A stretch of DNA of 63,941 nt, filler included, from Vannella sp. (GCA_023345925.1; 7 parts of 7 records of this genome joined end to end with filler, not necessarily neighbours in it), one strand, 5' to 3'. Shown: positions 1 through 11,931, counted from the first letter of the whole stretch. The notes: generated by a model not told the origin, from the sequence alone. Translations and numbers: made by a program.

Positions 1-443
1 TTGGGCAAACCATTGTGGATATCACCTTGACCGGCGCAGATGGCATGCTAATCACTGAGCTAGATGAGCCACTTTCCATCTGTCTGGCGACTCGGAACCA
101 AACGAAGGGCAGGAACACGTGTTTGAGTTTCTTCAGAGAAGCAAGCGCTGACTGGAAGTGCGAAGACAGATGCTTGCTTCGAAACAAGGCAACCAATCTG
201 GTGTGCGGTCAAACGGACCATCTCACCAATTTTGCACTTCTTTTGAACGGCGCCGATAACAGCGATCCTTGCCATTCTACCAGCAGGAATATCGCACTTT
301 CGTGGGTTTCCATGGGAATGGTGATCGGCGCCATCATCATTGTCGCTATTGCCGTGTTAATGATCGAACTTCGAGTCCGCTGGAACACTATCAAAATCAG
401 CCGAGAACTGGCGAACGCTGCACTTAAATCAAACGCCCTTTGA
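1..443 (+). CDS. 3' part of a membrane protein with a GPS/GAIN autoproteolysis motif followed by one TM helix (5'-partial)
   Basis: Frame is open from the window start. C-x2-F...W...C...VCGQTDHLTNFALLL matches the GPS consensus (HL|T). It is followed by a hydrophobic helix (IALSWVSMGMVIGAIIIVAIAVLMI) and a short basic tail. Confidence 0.7.
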   Translation, partial: GQTIVDITLTGADGMLITELDEPLSICLATRNQTKGRNTCLSFFREASADWKCEDRCLLRNKATNLVCGQTDHLTNFALLLNGADNSDPCHSTSRNIALSWVSMGMVIGAIIIVAIAVLMIELRVRWNTIKISRELANAALKSNAL

Positions 444-545
444 CCTGACTCAACTGCGAAGAGGAATGGCGTTACTCCTAAGAGATTGGTTCCTCCATGA
501 ACTGCAAGGAGCATAAAGAAGAATAAAAGAGCGAGTTTAACCAGC

Positions 546-3447
546 TCATTGGAATCGACCCACTTCGTTCTGGGGTTCATTAACCACGCCCAAGGTCTCC
601 TTCTGCTCGGATTCATTCACAAACTCCGGTTGATTTGGGGAAGGGGCCTTCGTTTGAGCGAGAGAATCTCGCGATTGAATGACCGTCCGAATAGCATCAA
701 CAATGACTTCCATCGATTGAGTAAAGTTGGTTTGCGTTAAACCGGAAAGCTCTTCAACTTGAGCTCTGGTCATGGAGAAGTTGAAAGTGGAGCAATATCC
801 TCCGCTTCGTTGATTTTCTTGCGGGTCAAATGCAGAGAAGGCAGGGTTCTTCTTTAGAGGAAGGTAGATGATAACGGGACATGTGGGATCGTTTTCATCA
901 CGGAAGACACTTACAATATCATCATAAGAGTGCTCAAAGTCAATAGGCGGGAACGGTAGCCCTTTCCTCTCTGCATAAGCAGCAGCCGCCTAATAAAATG
1001 TCAGCTTAAGAGTGAGAAAGAGATAATCATACTCGTAGAGCCCGGCTGCGGTCAATGTTTGGAGATTTGCTGGCGTTGCACGCAATTATGATGTCCACTT
1101 GCCTTTCAGGCCTAAGAAGTGGAGCAAAAGGAAGGTTACACTCGATGCCTGCATCTGCAAGCTCCAGAATGGACTTGCGCTGCTTGCTAGCCTCTTTGGA
1201 GGGGTCAAAGCCAAAGTTATGGAATTTGGCGGGCGCGGCAATCTTCGAGTTTGCCAGGGACATCTTGTTAATTAGATTGTCCAATTGGTCTTTGTGCTCG
1301 AGCAGCGTTGCTTTGAAGTTGGAATCCTTCACTCTACGAGCGTTCGGGGTGCCGGGAGGCGCTTCTTCATCTTCTGTGACAAGCGCTTGGACTCCATGCT
1401 CCAGCTTATCGAAGAATTCTTCAGCTACACGGCCTAATGGCGCACAGAAAGCACTTCCAAAGGTGGCCAAGAGTGTTCCCAATGGAGGGTCTGGGGATAA
1501 GTCGGTAGAATCGCCGTCCAGATTGTAAGACCGACCGAACCCCCAAGAGGGCACGAAGGACTCAAAATCTGTGCATCCCACTTCGAAAGGCGTGAATTCA
1601 AACCAACTGTGCAAAGATCCAACATCCTTTTGCACTGCTGTGTAAATAGGAAGTGGGAAAGCGCCATTCACTACCCGAGGAATCTGGTGGTGGAGCTTAA
1701 ACTTGCTCCCCTTAGGAGTGGTGTCTCCCAACAGGCCAGTAGATAAGGCAGCTCCGTAGATGTCAATCAAACTGATAAGATGGTCCTTTTGCTTGTTACT
1801 CCAATTGCTGCGGAGCATCTTAGCAAGCTCCCCAGTGCCCCTTTTGGATGGACGAGTGATTAAGTTCGCCTCGAACTTTGCAATCAGATTTTCTCGCAAC
1901 TGAGAAGGCGTGAGAGCTAGAGACTCCCATAGACCGATGGTCCAAGTGCTCCCGCTAACTCCAGCAACATAGGTGAAACAATCAAGTAGACCTGAAAGCT
2001 CAGAGGCAATCAGGGAGCCCAAGGTACTGACCATCGCTCGGCAACCTCCTCCACTCCCACAAAACGCAATGCGCGGCACATAATGGCCCTCTAGTGATTG
2101 TCCAAGTATCTGTTCCAAGGCAGCACGTGTCACATTCTCTCGTTGAGACAAAAACTCGTTCTCTTCTGGAGCCAAGTCAGTTCCTTTCCGTACGTGAGAG
2201 ATCTTCCCAGGCTCTTCAGTCTTGAGCTCAGATTGACCAGAATTTCCTCGCAAAGAACTGCGGAAGGAATTGGTTGTCCTTTGAATGGCATCCCGACTTC
2301 CTCTGGTCTTCCAATTCATACGACTGGTCGCCTTCAAGGCACTTGAAGCTTCCAAATAGATTGCCACATCATCTACAACATCAATGGAGTAGCTTGGAAT
2401 GTTCCTAAAGAGAGAGGGATTCATCACCAAACTCGATTCATCAAAATGAACGGAATCTCGGCAAAAGAGAAGCCAGCGGGTGCGAGTAGACCGAGCAAAG
2501 GGCTTCTCAAAGGAGATCTGCCGGCCCTCAATGCAGTAAACCGGAGAGATGCGGACGTGCTTCCCCACTCCAACGCGTCTCTTGTCATACACAGAAACGT
2601 AAATTGTGATTCCTGTTCGGTTGTAAACCGTAAACAGTCCTTTCGAGCGGGAAAGAGATATCTTGGACTTCTTTCTGTCGGTCCATTGATGCCCCAATTG
2701 ACTTTGTTGGGACATGAGAATGTCGTGCCTCTTCTTCTGGGACTTTGTCAGGTCCTCCACAGGGACAATGGCAAAGTCTCCACGTTCAGGGGTTCCCTCC
2801 TCGGGTAAGTTAGGAGCAGCTATGTCCAAGCTTGGGTAAGGGAGGTCATCTGCAGAACGGGAGAGCGGGCGAGCCGTATCCAGAGAATCTGCCCTTCTTG
2901 GGCGTGCTTCAGAGAGGGATTGTACGGGATGATCTTCAAGTAGCGCGTCCTCGTTGTCTTCCTCCTTGATAACCTCCTGGATCTCGTTATCGTGAGCCTC
3001 AATGCTGCTGTTGAGGTCTTGAATGGGATAATCTTCCTCCTCCTCAAGAGAGAGGTCATTGTCCTCTGTCAGAGCCTCATTCATCTGTTCCACTTCTTCA
3101 AGGGTTCCATAGCGATTGACATAAGCCTGGAGCTGCTGTGAAAGGAGCCAAACCTCCTGGCACTTCTCGTGATAAGCATCCTCCAGGGCTTCCAAGTCCT
3201 TCTGGTGGCGCTTGCTATGCTTCTTTAAGGTTCTCACAACATCATGAACTTGCGACTCGTTCAGAGAACCTTGACGGATAGAAGAAGAGCTAAACCCGTC
3301 CCCATGGGAAGGGGAAAGCGGAGACGAACTTTGCTCAGCGTCTGCTCCACTCACATGTCTCCGTCGAATGCGATTCAAACGAGAAGATGTAAGCATCTCG
3401 GTCAGTCGTGGCCTACTCGGACTGGCTTTCGCTGGCACATCGTCCAT
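546..3447 (-). CDS. Cytosolic phospholipase A2 / lysophospholipase (PLA2_B catalytic domain) with coiled-coil N-terminus
   Basis: GSGGGCRA oxyanion motif, GVSGS nucleophile and LADAG catalytic Asp. A 43-nt GT-AG intron (990-1032) joins ORF 1027..3450 in frame to AAAAYAERKGLPFPPID...YCSTFNFSMTRAQ, which runs into ORF 546..773. Confidence 0.9.
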
Positions 3448-3475
3448 CACACGAAGAAAAAGAGAAATGGTGACC

Positions 3476-3517
3476 GGGTTTAGGGTTTAGATAAAGGCGG
3501 GTTAGGGTTAGGGTTTA
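3476..3517. promoter_or_regulatory. Interstitial telomere-like motifs (telo-box-like) immediately upstream of the cPLA2 start
   Basis: GGGTTTAGGGTTTAG...GGGTTAGGGTTAGGGTTTA in a ~75-nt intergenic gap; regulatory role is inferred. Confidence 0.5.
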
Positions 3518-3523
3518 ATATAA

Positions 3524-4441
3524 CTACTTTTTGGAGTCGGCTTGGCGTTGGATCGCTCGGAAGAAGGCTTCGACTGGAGGCATGTGAAGGATCTCGTCCG
3601 ACCAGGGAAGTTCACATTGGTAGAAGAGGGATGGAACGTCTTCGCTACGGAGAAGTCGGTTGAGCTGGGAGAGGGCCTGTCGGAACTGCGGGCTGTGAAC
3701 GAGTTCGATCACGTCTTGTCTACTGCGGTGGTGTTCTGGGAGGTGTTCTGCGAAGAGCTGCTCCGCACCCTCCGGCAACTGAGTGATGAGAGACTCCAGG
3801 CTACTCGGTGTGAGTACTTTCTGAAGGCTGCGGCCGCGCTGAGGTTCCTCAGCAGGCGCAGTTGGCACTACGACAGAAGAGAGTGAGTTCAAGATCTGCT
3901 GGAGATCTGATAGTTGAACAGCTCCCGTTGGCGCGGTGACAGCCGGAGCAGGAGGAGCAAATGTGTTGAGAGCTGTTGCGATGGTGCGTTGGTACTCCTC
4001 GTCTTTGTCCGTGGAGGCTTCTTGGAACCAAAAGAAGGCTTTAGGGATCGCACGATCCTTGAACGAGAAGTAATAGACTCTTCCAGTACCTCCAGGTACT
4101 CGAATGAACTCTGCCTGTCCTGCAGACACTTCCCGGCGCTAGAAGGGGAGAACAGGTCAGTCACTCCACCTCTTAGAGGAGATCCGTACAAACTCTGCAA
4201 CTCCCGTCTCTCTGCTACTCCATTCAACAGCGTAAGAGCCAGGAGCAGTCTCCTACATCACCACAGAAGGTAAGAGATGACGAAGGTCGCGCTCCCCACT
4301 CACCAAGAGCCGAAGTAACCCGCGGGTGGCGTCTGGACGAAGTTGTTTGTCTATTAACATTACACGGCCAGCCCAAAGCTCCACCAGAACACGCGGAGGA
4401 AGCAGAGCTCCTGGCGCAGTTGGGAGAAGCGCAGTGTCCAT
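3524..4441 (-). CDS. RPN13: Proteasomal ubiquitin receptor Rpn13/ADRM1
   Basis: Splicing two short introns gives LVELWAGRV...PDATRGLL|ETAPGSYAVEWSSRETGVAEF|RREV...GRVYYFSF...FFWFQE (Pru domain). C-terminal SPQFRQALSQL matches the UCH37-binding region. Confidence 0.9.
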
Positions 4442-4512
4442 GTAAGGGATCCGCTGAGCGGAAGGGAAATGCGCGTTTCCTGTAACTTCATTCTCCTCGT
4501 TCCCCTCCATCC

Positions 4513-4659
4513 ATGTACACCATGTTGACGATGATGATCACTTCTACAGCTTCTTTCATGGCGGGGATCTACGTGGCTCAAACCTACAAAGTACCCAACG
4601 CCCAGCGAACCCTTCGCTCTGCCCAAGAGAGATTTGAGCGCTTCCGTCAAGAGAGGTAG
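4513..4659 (+). CDS. STMP1: Short transmembrane mitochondrial protein 1-like microprotein (48 aa)
   Basis: Manual translation: MYTMLTMMITSTASFMAGIYVAQTYKVPNAQRTLRSAQERFERFRQER*. The G-x-Y-x-AQ-x-Y-x-VPN motif and the size match STMP1/C7orf73. Below the ORF-track cutoff. Confidence 0.8.
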   Translation: MYTMLTMMITSTASFMAGIYVAQTYKVPNAQRTLRSAQERFERFRQER

Positions 4660-4738
4660 CCATTTGGACCTTCATAAAAGACACAGATTCGTAGAAACGC
4701 TGGCAGATAACGTAGGACTGTCCTGGGTGGGCAGGCGC

Positions 4739-5473
4739 TTATGAGAGGAAGTCGTACTCGTCCTCGACCATGTCCTCTTTGGCAAAGTCTCCTTCGTAGA
4801 GCTTCGTCTTGGTCACCTTCTTCTTCTTGCCCTTCTCACTTTCAAGCTTGCCCTTGATGATGACGTTTAAGGCGCTGGTGATGGCCCCTGTTTGCGTGGA
4901 GTTCAAAGAGCCAGCAAGCTTGCGTGTGAGGTCCACAACGAACTCTGCGAAGTGGGGAGACTCTTCGAACTTGCTGAGATCGTCTGCTAGCATACTACTA
5001 AACTTGAAGAACTCCAGTTGGGTGGTGGGGGTGAACTGGATGGCGGAGGCGACAGCAACCTTCTTTTCATCCGTATCACTAACCCCTAAGAGGTCGTTGG
5101 CATTAGCCAAATCAGAGTCCTCCTGAAGTTTCAGCTGGCGAAGCTTCTCTTCATAAGGATCAACCTTTACAGCAGCGGTGTCCAACTTCTTGGCCAAAGC
5201 CTTCTTCTTGATGGGTTTGCCAGCTTTGAACTTCTTCTTGGTAGAGTCTCCAGAACCAGCCTTGGGTTGATCTCGTACGACCTTTACAGAACCAAAAGGA
5301 TCATCAGCTTGATCTTCCTCTTCCTCGTCCTCCCAGTTGCTAGGAGTTCCCTTTCCTTCCCCCTCCTCCCAAGGTGTTACGGGCGCTTTCACTTCCTCGA
5401 CATCCAAGCTCTCCCAATCATCAGCAACATCCTCTGCAGAGTGGTGAGTCTTCTGTGACGTGTGTTGGTCCAT
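4739..5473 (-). CDS. EIF3J: Translation initiation factor eIF3 subunit J
   Basis: Acidic DDWE/NWEDEE N-terminus, EEKLRQLKLQEDSDLANANDLLG, Lys-rich region and EDEYDF C-terminus. Confidence 0.9.
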   Translation of the reverse strand: MDQHTSQKTHHSAEDVADDWESLDVEEVKAPVTPWEEGEGKGTPSNWEDEEEEDQADDPFGSVKVVRDQPKAGSGDSTKKKFKAGKPIKKKALAKKLDTAAVKVDPYEEKLRQLKLQEDSDLANANDLLGVSDTDEKKVAVASAIQFTPTTQLEFFKFSSMLADDLSKFEESPHFAEFVVDLTRKLAGSLNSTQTGAITSALNVIIKGKLESEKGKKKKVTKTKLYEGDFAKEDMVEDEYDFLS

Positions 5474-5566
5474 TGGAGAGCCTCACCCCAGCTGTCTGCC
5501 ATCGCCACCAGCAAAACAATCAATAATTTGTCCACAGTTTCTATTATTCTTCACATTTGCCCGATT

Positions 5567-6146
5567 TTACACTCGAACATCTGAGCCCCAACGGGCACTC
5601 AATGTTTTCCTCGTTTCTAAGGGAATCGAATGAATATCTAAATTGCGGGTAGGAAGTCTAGCGCTGGTGGTTTGATTCTGAATATTGACGATCTCAGGAG
5701 TGAGATAACCTGCTTCAGGTTGGGATCGGCGAAGAAGAGAGTCTCGTTCGTCGACAATCTCTTCGTCCTCGGGGGCTTCGAGGCTGTGATAAGCCACATC
5801 TCCATGATAGTAGTAGTCCAGCCCCAGGATCTCGATCTCCTCCTCCACTGTGAGCTTGAAGAACTTAGAGAAGCGGAAGAGGTTCACTAAAACGATCGTC
5901 CAGAAGGCCGACCAAGCGACTGCCAGAGCTACACCCCCCGCTTGGATGTAGATCTGACTGGGGTTGCCGTAGAACCAACCATTGGGCCCTTGGGGGTTCA
6001 CTTCGGAGCTGGCAATGAAGCCGATTGCCAGAGAGCCGATGATGCCGGTGATCCCGTGGACAGAACTCACGTCCAGGGCATCGTCTATCTTCAGCTTGCC
6101 TTTTAGGATCCAGATGCCTGCGTAGGCTCCTAGTACGATGATCACA
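5567..6146 (-). CDS. Ammonium transporter (Amt/Mep), C-terminal part, 5'-truncated by contig end
   Basis: IDDALDVSSVHGITGIIGSLAIG, EEEIEILGLD...HG..AY. Confidence 0.92.
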
Positions 6147-6246
6147 NNNNNNNNNNNNNNNNNNNNNNNNNNNNNNNNNNNNNNNNNNNNTTAATTAATT
6201 AANNNNNNNNNNNNNNNNNNNNNNNNNNNNNNNNNNNNNNNNNNNN
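6147..6246. other. Artificial contig linker
   Basis: 44 N + TTAATTAATTAA (stops in all six frames) + 44 N. Confidence 0.98.
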
Positions 6247-6340
6247 AGATCCTAATGATGGAAGGACAACACAAAACGCGCCAATTCATTAAGTGATGAT
6301 CATCCACGAAGGTTCGCGAATTTGGTGTATAAAACGATGA

Positions 6341-6420
6341 CATTCACGAGAATTCATGAAAATTCGTGAGAATTCATAAAAATTCATGAAAATTCATGAA
6401 AATCCGTAAGAATTCATGAT
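6341..6420. repeat. Tandem 10-bp repeat, consensus AATTCATGAA, about 8 degenerate copies
   Basis: cattcacgag aattcatgaa aattcgtgag aattcataaa aattcatgaa aattcatgaa aatccgtaag aattcatgat. Confidence 0.85.
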
Positions 6421-6495
6421 AAAACGTTTAATTACGCAAATTACGAAGGATACCTCCGGCTCAGGGGAACACGTTGATTTCTGTCGTGAATTCTC

Positions 6496-6651
6496 TCAAA
6501 CCACGTCCGCTGGCCACGGTTGAAAAGTACCTCTAAATTCGATCGGGACCTTACCAATGAAGTTTTTATGTGTTTTGGTTGAGGTACTTTTTGGCTCATT
6601 GATCATCCCTCAATACGAGGGAAAAGTGGCCCTCTTGAAAACATATAAAAA
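6496..6651. repeat. Dispersed non-coding repeat, copy A
   Basis: 6496-6576 aligns by eye (roughly 80%) with 11932-12011. 6502-6526 matches the reverse complement of 20787-20811 at 24/25. 6628-6651 is the exact reverse complement of 11998-12021. Confidence 0.8.
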
Positions 6652-7083
6652 GATCATTTGGATGGGTGCCAGTCGAATTTAGAAGCACTTTCAACGGAGA
6701 GGGATTTCGTGGACCAGGGTGAAGGGCTTCCCCACCTATTGCACTCATATAAATGTTTTCAGAATAATAAATCGAGATCCAAGCCTGTGCTTTTCATGGT
6801 TCGCTGGAATGAAGCTCTTCTTTTGAGCCAGAAGCATCAACTAATCATTCATAGTGTACTGCTGACCATCTGAGAGAAGGAGTCACGGGCTCCGACGAGC
6901 TGTGGACGAAAAGAGGCTCCTTTCCCCTCAAGCCATGAAATCCCTCCAGGCAAGAAAAGAGTGATGGCCTTTGTTGTTAGCGGCATCAGAAACTCCTTCA
7001 GCCTGCAATTGGTGGCCAGCACTTCCACATTTACCCGGTACAAAAAGAAAAAAAAGAACAAAGAAAAAAAAAAAAGAATTTTT

Positions 7084-7149
7084 TTGAAGGGAAACGAGAA
7101 ACCGTGACATTCAGGGAAACAAGAAAACAGTTGAAGGGAAACGAGAAAC
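7084..7149. repeat. Short direct repeat upstream of SHPRH
   Basis: TTGAAGGGAAACGAGAAAC at 7084-7102 and 7131-7149, with a degenerate copy between. Confidence 0.7.
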
Positions 7150-7207
7150 TGTGGTATAAAGGTGTGCGTGCCGTTCTTTCTATTCACAATTTGTTGCTTC
7201 TGTAAGG

Positions 7208-10200
7208 ATGCAACGCAAGAGAAAATATTCTCTTCCACAAGTCTCTGATCTCCTCAAGTCTTCCTCTTTTGAACCACCATTGAAGCGATCTAAAAGCAGA
7301 GCGATGAACAAACTGGGTGATCAAAGCCATGAAGCCTATTTGTTCGCCAGATTCTCATTGAGTCACCCTCCCTCTAGTACAGTTCCAGAATCGCTTTCTC
7401 AGAGTTACTCTGTAAACCCCCTCTGTGTTAGAGCTGCATCTACAAGTGATGGAACTGCATTGAGCCTTCAGGTCTTCTGGGAGGGCCAGCCAGAACAAGC
7501 GGAAATGGAGTTCAGTCTCACTGCCCATCTCTTGGAAGGAGTGGAGCCTCATGACCTTCCTGAAGCAACTTTCCAGGCCATTACAAAGGCCATCTGCTTT
7601 AGTCCTCCCTTCGTTCATGTTGATGTTCGCCAAACAGCAGGTGGAGACTTCCAGGTAGGAGTGTATCTTCTGGACTCCGCATTTTTCGACCCGGAAGGAT
7701 CATGTGAAGCAAGTTCGAGTGAAACTCAACGGATCCTCACTTCCCAAATCATGGATTGGATCTCTTCTGGAGGCCACTTTCTGGCGCAATCTCAACAATG
7801 GGACAAGGACGGGGATGACTTCAATCCAATGTTGTTTTATAACATGCTTGAACAGCCCAGAGAAGGGGACCTTCTCCACCAGCAGCCTCCAAAGCTAGAC
7901 ATTGCACTTCGTCCGTACCAAAGCCGAGCTGTCAACTGGATGCTCCACCGAGAAAGAGAAGACGAAGGTCAGGAGAACGCATCGTGGAGGGATGTTCTCC
8001 TACTATCAGGAACAACGGTCTTTTTGGATCCCGTGAGTGATTAAGTGACTTTCATACTCATCCACTAACCTTCTGCATCAGTATTCAGGCCATCTGTCCA
8101 AAACCCGTCCAAAGAACTCTCTCTCTGTGAAGGGTGGCATTCTGGCTGACGAAATGGGACTGGGAAAGACCATTGAGACTTTAGCTTGTATAATGTCTCA
8201 CCCCAACACATCAGTGGAGCAGGAACAACTGGATTTCTCCCGTTCTCTTGATTCCACCTTAAGATCTGAAGAAGAGCTCGAGCAGGAAACCAGGATAAGA
8301 TGCTATTGCGGGCCAGCAGACAAGCCTAATAGGCAGGAACGAGTTCAGTGTGAACAATGCAGCTTCTGGCAGCACGCCAGCTGTGTTTCTTGGAGTCTGG
8401 AAGGACCCTATCGGTGCCCCAATTGCTGTTTTCAAGCAAAGTTGAAGGTCCCCTCTCACACCACCTTGATTATCTCCCCCACTCCTATCATCGAACAATG
8501 GAGACAGGAGATTCTCCAACGGACTAAGTCAGCATCCCTGAAGGTTCTTATCTACGACGGAATCTCGAAGATTGAGCGGAAGACTCAGCTTGGCAGTCCC
8601 CGAAAGGAAGGCCATTTTGTCGTACTTCCTCAGCACCTGGCTGAGTATGATATCGTGTTGACCTCATTTGATGTGTTGCGGACTGATTTGAGACACTCCT
8701 TTGTTAGAGAGAATGTCTCTCGTCGAGAGAATCGTGAAGAACGCTATCGCTCTCTCCCCACGCCTTTGATTGGGCTGAAATGGTGGCGTGTTTGTATTGA
8801 TGAGGCTCAGATGGTCAGTAGTGGAATGGCAAAGGCAGCTACAATGGCTCTACAGCTGGAATCAACTCACCGGTGGTGCATCTCTGGAACGCCCATCCAG
8901 AAGAGAGGACTTGAGGATCTGCAAGGGCTGTTCATGTTTCTCAAAGTTCCCCTCTTGAGCAATCCCCAATGGTTTCACCACCACTTTAGCGAACCAATGG
9001 AGTACAAAGAATCAAGAGAGGAGGCACTATCTCATCTTTTGGAATTTTGCCGGCCGCTCATGTGGCGGTCGTCAAAAGGATCTGTTCGAGCAGAATTGGA
9101 CATTCCTCCTCAGTCTGAGCTGACTCACCTGTTGACGCTGTCTTCTGTGGAGAACTTTAACTACCAGATGCTGCACCAACAGTGCGTTGGTGAAGTACAA
9201 AATGTTCTGGCCCCCAGGGACCGATTAACTTACCAGCAGAATGATTTCCTGATGAGATCGTTGCTTCGCCTCCGCCAAGCGTGCTGTCATCCGCAGATTG
9301 GGAGCCAATTTGCTGCCCTTCAAATCCAACAAACTCCGCTCTCCATGGAGGAGATTCTCGAGCAGCTCACTATGAGAGCCAAGGTGGATTGTGAGTTGTC
9401 CCAGCGCGAATGGATCAGCGTAGGATGCGATCTGGCTGGTATTGAGTTAAACGATGCCACATGCAACAATGAGGAGGATTCTGCTGTCAGAGCCGCCAAG
9501 TTGTACTGGGAGATGATCCGAGTTGGCAATGAGAACGAAATCTCTCATTCTTTTGATGTCTACCAAAAGATGCATCTTCTCTACAACTTTGGGGTGACTT
9601 TAGGTTACTTTGATGACGATGCTGGAAGATTCTCTGATGCAGTCACCGCACAATTGGGACATACAGTGACGGTTGCAACTCTTAAGGGCGAACTAGATCG
9701 CTTGACTGAAGATCAAATTGTAACTACAAGGGAATTGGCTCTTTCAGCTGCACTGTCTTATCATGCAGTCCATCTACTGACTCAGGAGCTCATCGCTTCA
9801 GCAGAGGGGCCTTGCTGGGGAGCTTTGCTTGAACTTCTAAGCTCCAAACGGAAGAAGAATACTCTTTTGCGCTATCTCTGGGAGGTTCTGGACGAGACTA
9901 ATGGAATGACTACCACTGCATATCATCGTCACCCCAAGTGCCTTCGCCATCGTTTCTCCTCCGTTGAAGGACTCTTTGACGTCATCAAACAAGAAACCGC
10001 GTATGTTTACAGCAGCTATCAAGTCCTGGGATGCGTCCTAAAGGAGGATACCCCTTCAGATGACACAACTGTTCTAGAAACCCAGGTTCAAGAGTTGGTC
10101 TATTGTCCTTGCCGCTCTCAAGGAGGAGTGAATCTCACAACAGAAAAGTGTCATTCCTGTTCCGTGTTCAGACTGATTGGAGAGTTGACACAGCTCTGTT

Positions 10201-11444
10201 ACTTCGATGCCACGCTCGGAAGGGAGGAGCCACAGGCAGATGGGTTCGTTCGAGTACAGCATGACTCTGAACTCTGGGTTGTTTTGAACGGGCTTATTTC
10301 TATCCTCCCTTCTCTCTTTCCAACTGGAGAAGCCAGTCCTTTGGTAAATCGAATCAAACTTGAGGTCGAGATTCTCCGAGCCATCAAAAAGGAGATTAGA
10401 CCCCTGATCAAGCAATGGAAGGCAAATCGAAACTACTTCCTCGCTGAAGACGAGGCACGGAGGAGCTTGGCTCGCATCAGTCTGAGTTTCGAGCCAGAAA
10501 GTGCGATTCGCGAGAAACTGGCAACTGCTTGGGTCGCCGTTGAGGCAAGCAAGTGCAGATTCCGTTTCCTTTGTAAGCTATCCCAAAAAGGAGACGAGAA
10601 CAGAAGGGAACCTGAAGGGGTGGAAGATTGTGCTGTCTGTTTGGAACCAGTGAGCGACGAGTTTGTCCTCTTGGGTTGTTCCCACAAATTTTGTGCGATT
10701 TGTATCAACAGATTGATGTCCCACTCACCTAATATAGTGAAGTGTCCGTCCTGCCGATTCGCAATGAACTCCAGAGAGATTGCTTTCATCGCTCCTCCCG
10801 AAAAGATGAAGGAACGCACTGACCGTCTTCGTCTCTCATGCAGCTCTTCAGCTGACCTAGAAGACATCTGGGGAACGAAAATTGGAGCTATCGTGAACGA
10901 GATCCTTCGGTTAATGAGAGAGAATCCCCAAGTGAAGGCTTTGGTCTTCTCTCAATGGAATCAAGTCCTTGAGCTTGTTCACCTAGCCCTTGCCCAAACC
11001 GATATCGAGGCAGTGTTACTTAAATCTGGGAGCCAGAGAGAACAGAAAGCAGTCATTCATGACTTCAGAGAAGGTACTCCTTCTGTGTTGCTCTTGCCAT
11101 TGAACAGAGGAGCGAATGGACTCAATCTGGTGGAGGCCACACACGTCTTCCTAGTAGAGCCCCTTCTTAATCCCAGTGCAGAGGCTCAGGCTATTGCTCG
11201 AGTGGATCGTATTGGCCAGAACCAGCCAACCACAGTACACCGCTTCATTGTGCAAAACACCGTTGAGGAGAGGATTCATCAGATCAATCAGCTTCGCAAA
11301 GAAGCTCCGTTGGAAGCAGAAAGTGCCAGTAGAGATTGGCAATGGAAGGTGAATAAGTCAGAAAAAGACTGTTTGAATGCCTGCGACTTGTATGATCTCT
11401 TCCAGATTCCCAACGTGGTTCTAGAAGACGCTTCTCTCTCTTAA
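7208..11444 (+). CDS. SHPRH: SNF2-PHD-RING helicase / E3 ubiquitin ligase SHPRH-like
   Basis: LRPYQ Q-motif. The 49-nt intron 8033-8081 joins DP|YSG...GGILADEMGLGKT. Also PHD finger (CYC...CEQC..WQHASC), DEAQ, RING (CAVC...CSHKFC...CPSC) and HelicC (GLNLVEA, QAIARVDRIGQ). Confidence 0.93.
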
Positions 11445-11931
11445 ATGTCTTTGACCTGTCTGATTCGTTCTCAGCAAGACAGAACCACGACAGAGCTTCT
11501 CCCCAAGCCCCTTTCTCTCCCTGTTTGGTGAATTGGCCAACTCATTACTTCAGAACAATAAATCTCCACAAAAGACCTTGTTGACCGCGGAGGAGACTGT
11601 CGATAGCAACTAGAACTTCAGAAGAGGCTTAGGAAATCGCATTTCCACCTTTCGTGTCGACAAAACACCTCTGATGACGCAGTTTGAGGGTGACATGAAG
11701 TCACTGGAGTTGGGAACTCAAAAAGTGAGAAATGAATCAGCCCAAAAGCTTATCCTGAAAACATGGAGGCCATCCACTGGGCAATCCACGAGCCCGAGCG
11801 ACCAATCGCGCAGAAAGTGAAAACCTAAAAACATATAAGAATAAGATTCCAACCACTTGCCATCGATTTTGGGACCCATTTTTGAAGGAGGTCGCCTGGC
11901 CCCGTGGATTTGAGAGAATTCGCCGCCCCAG

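Noticed and set aside
6147..6246. TTAATTAATTAA palindrome flanked by N runs, repeated six times
   Set aside because: Identical 100-nt artificial joins with stops in all frames; not biological and not a CRISPR or recombination site.
6341..6420. Possible CRISPR-like array
   Set aside because: Units are 10 nt and contiguous with no spacers; eukaryotic context with no cas genes.
6658..7238. ORFs 6658..6873, 6849..7238 and 6928..7110
   Set aside because: Low-complexity poly-A/T-derived translations with no recognisable motif; probably intergenic.
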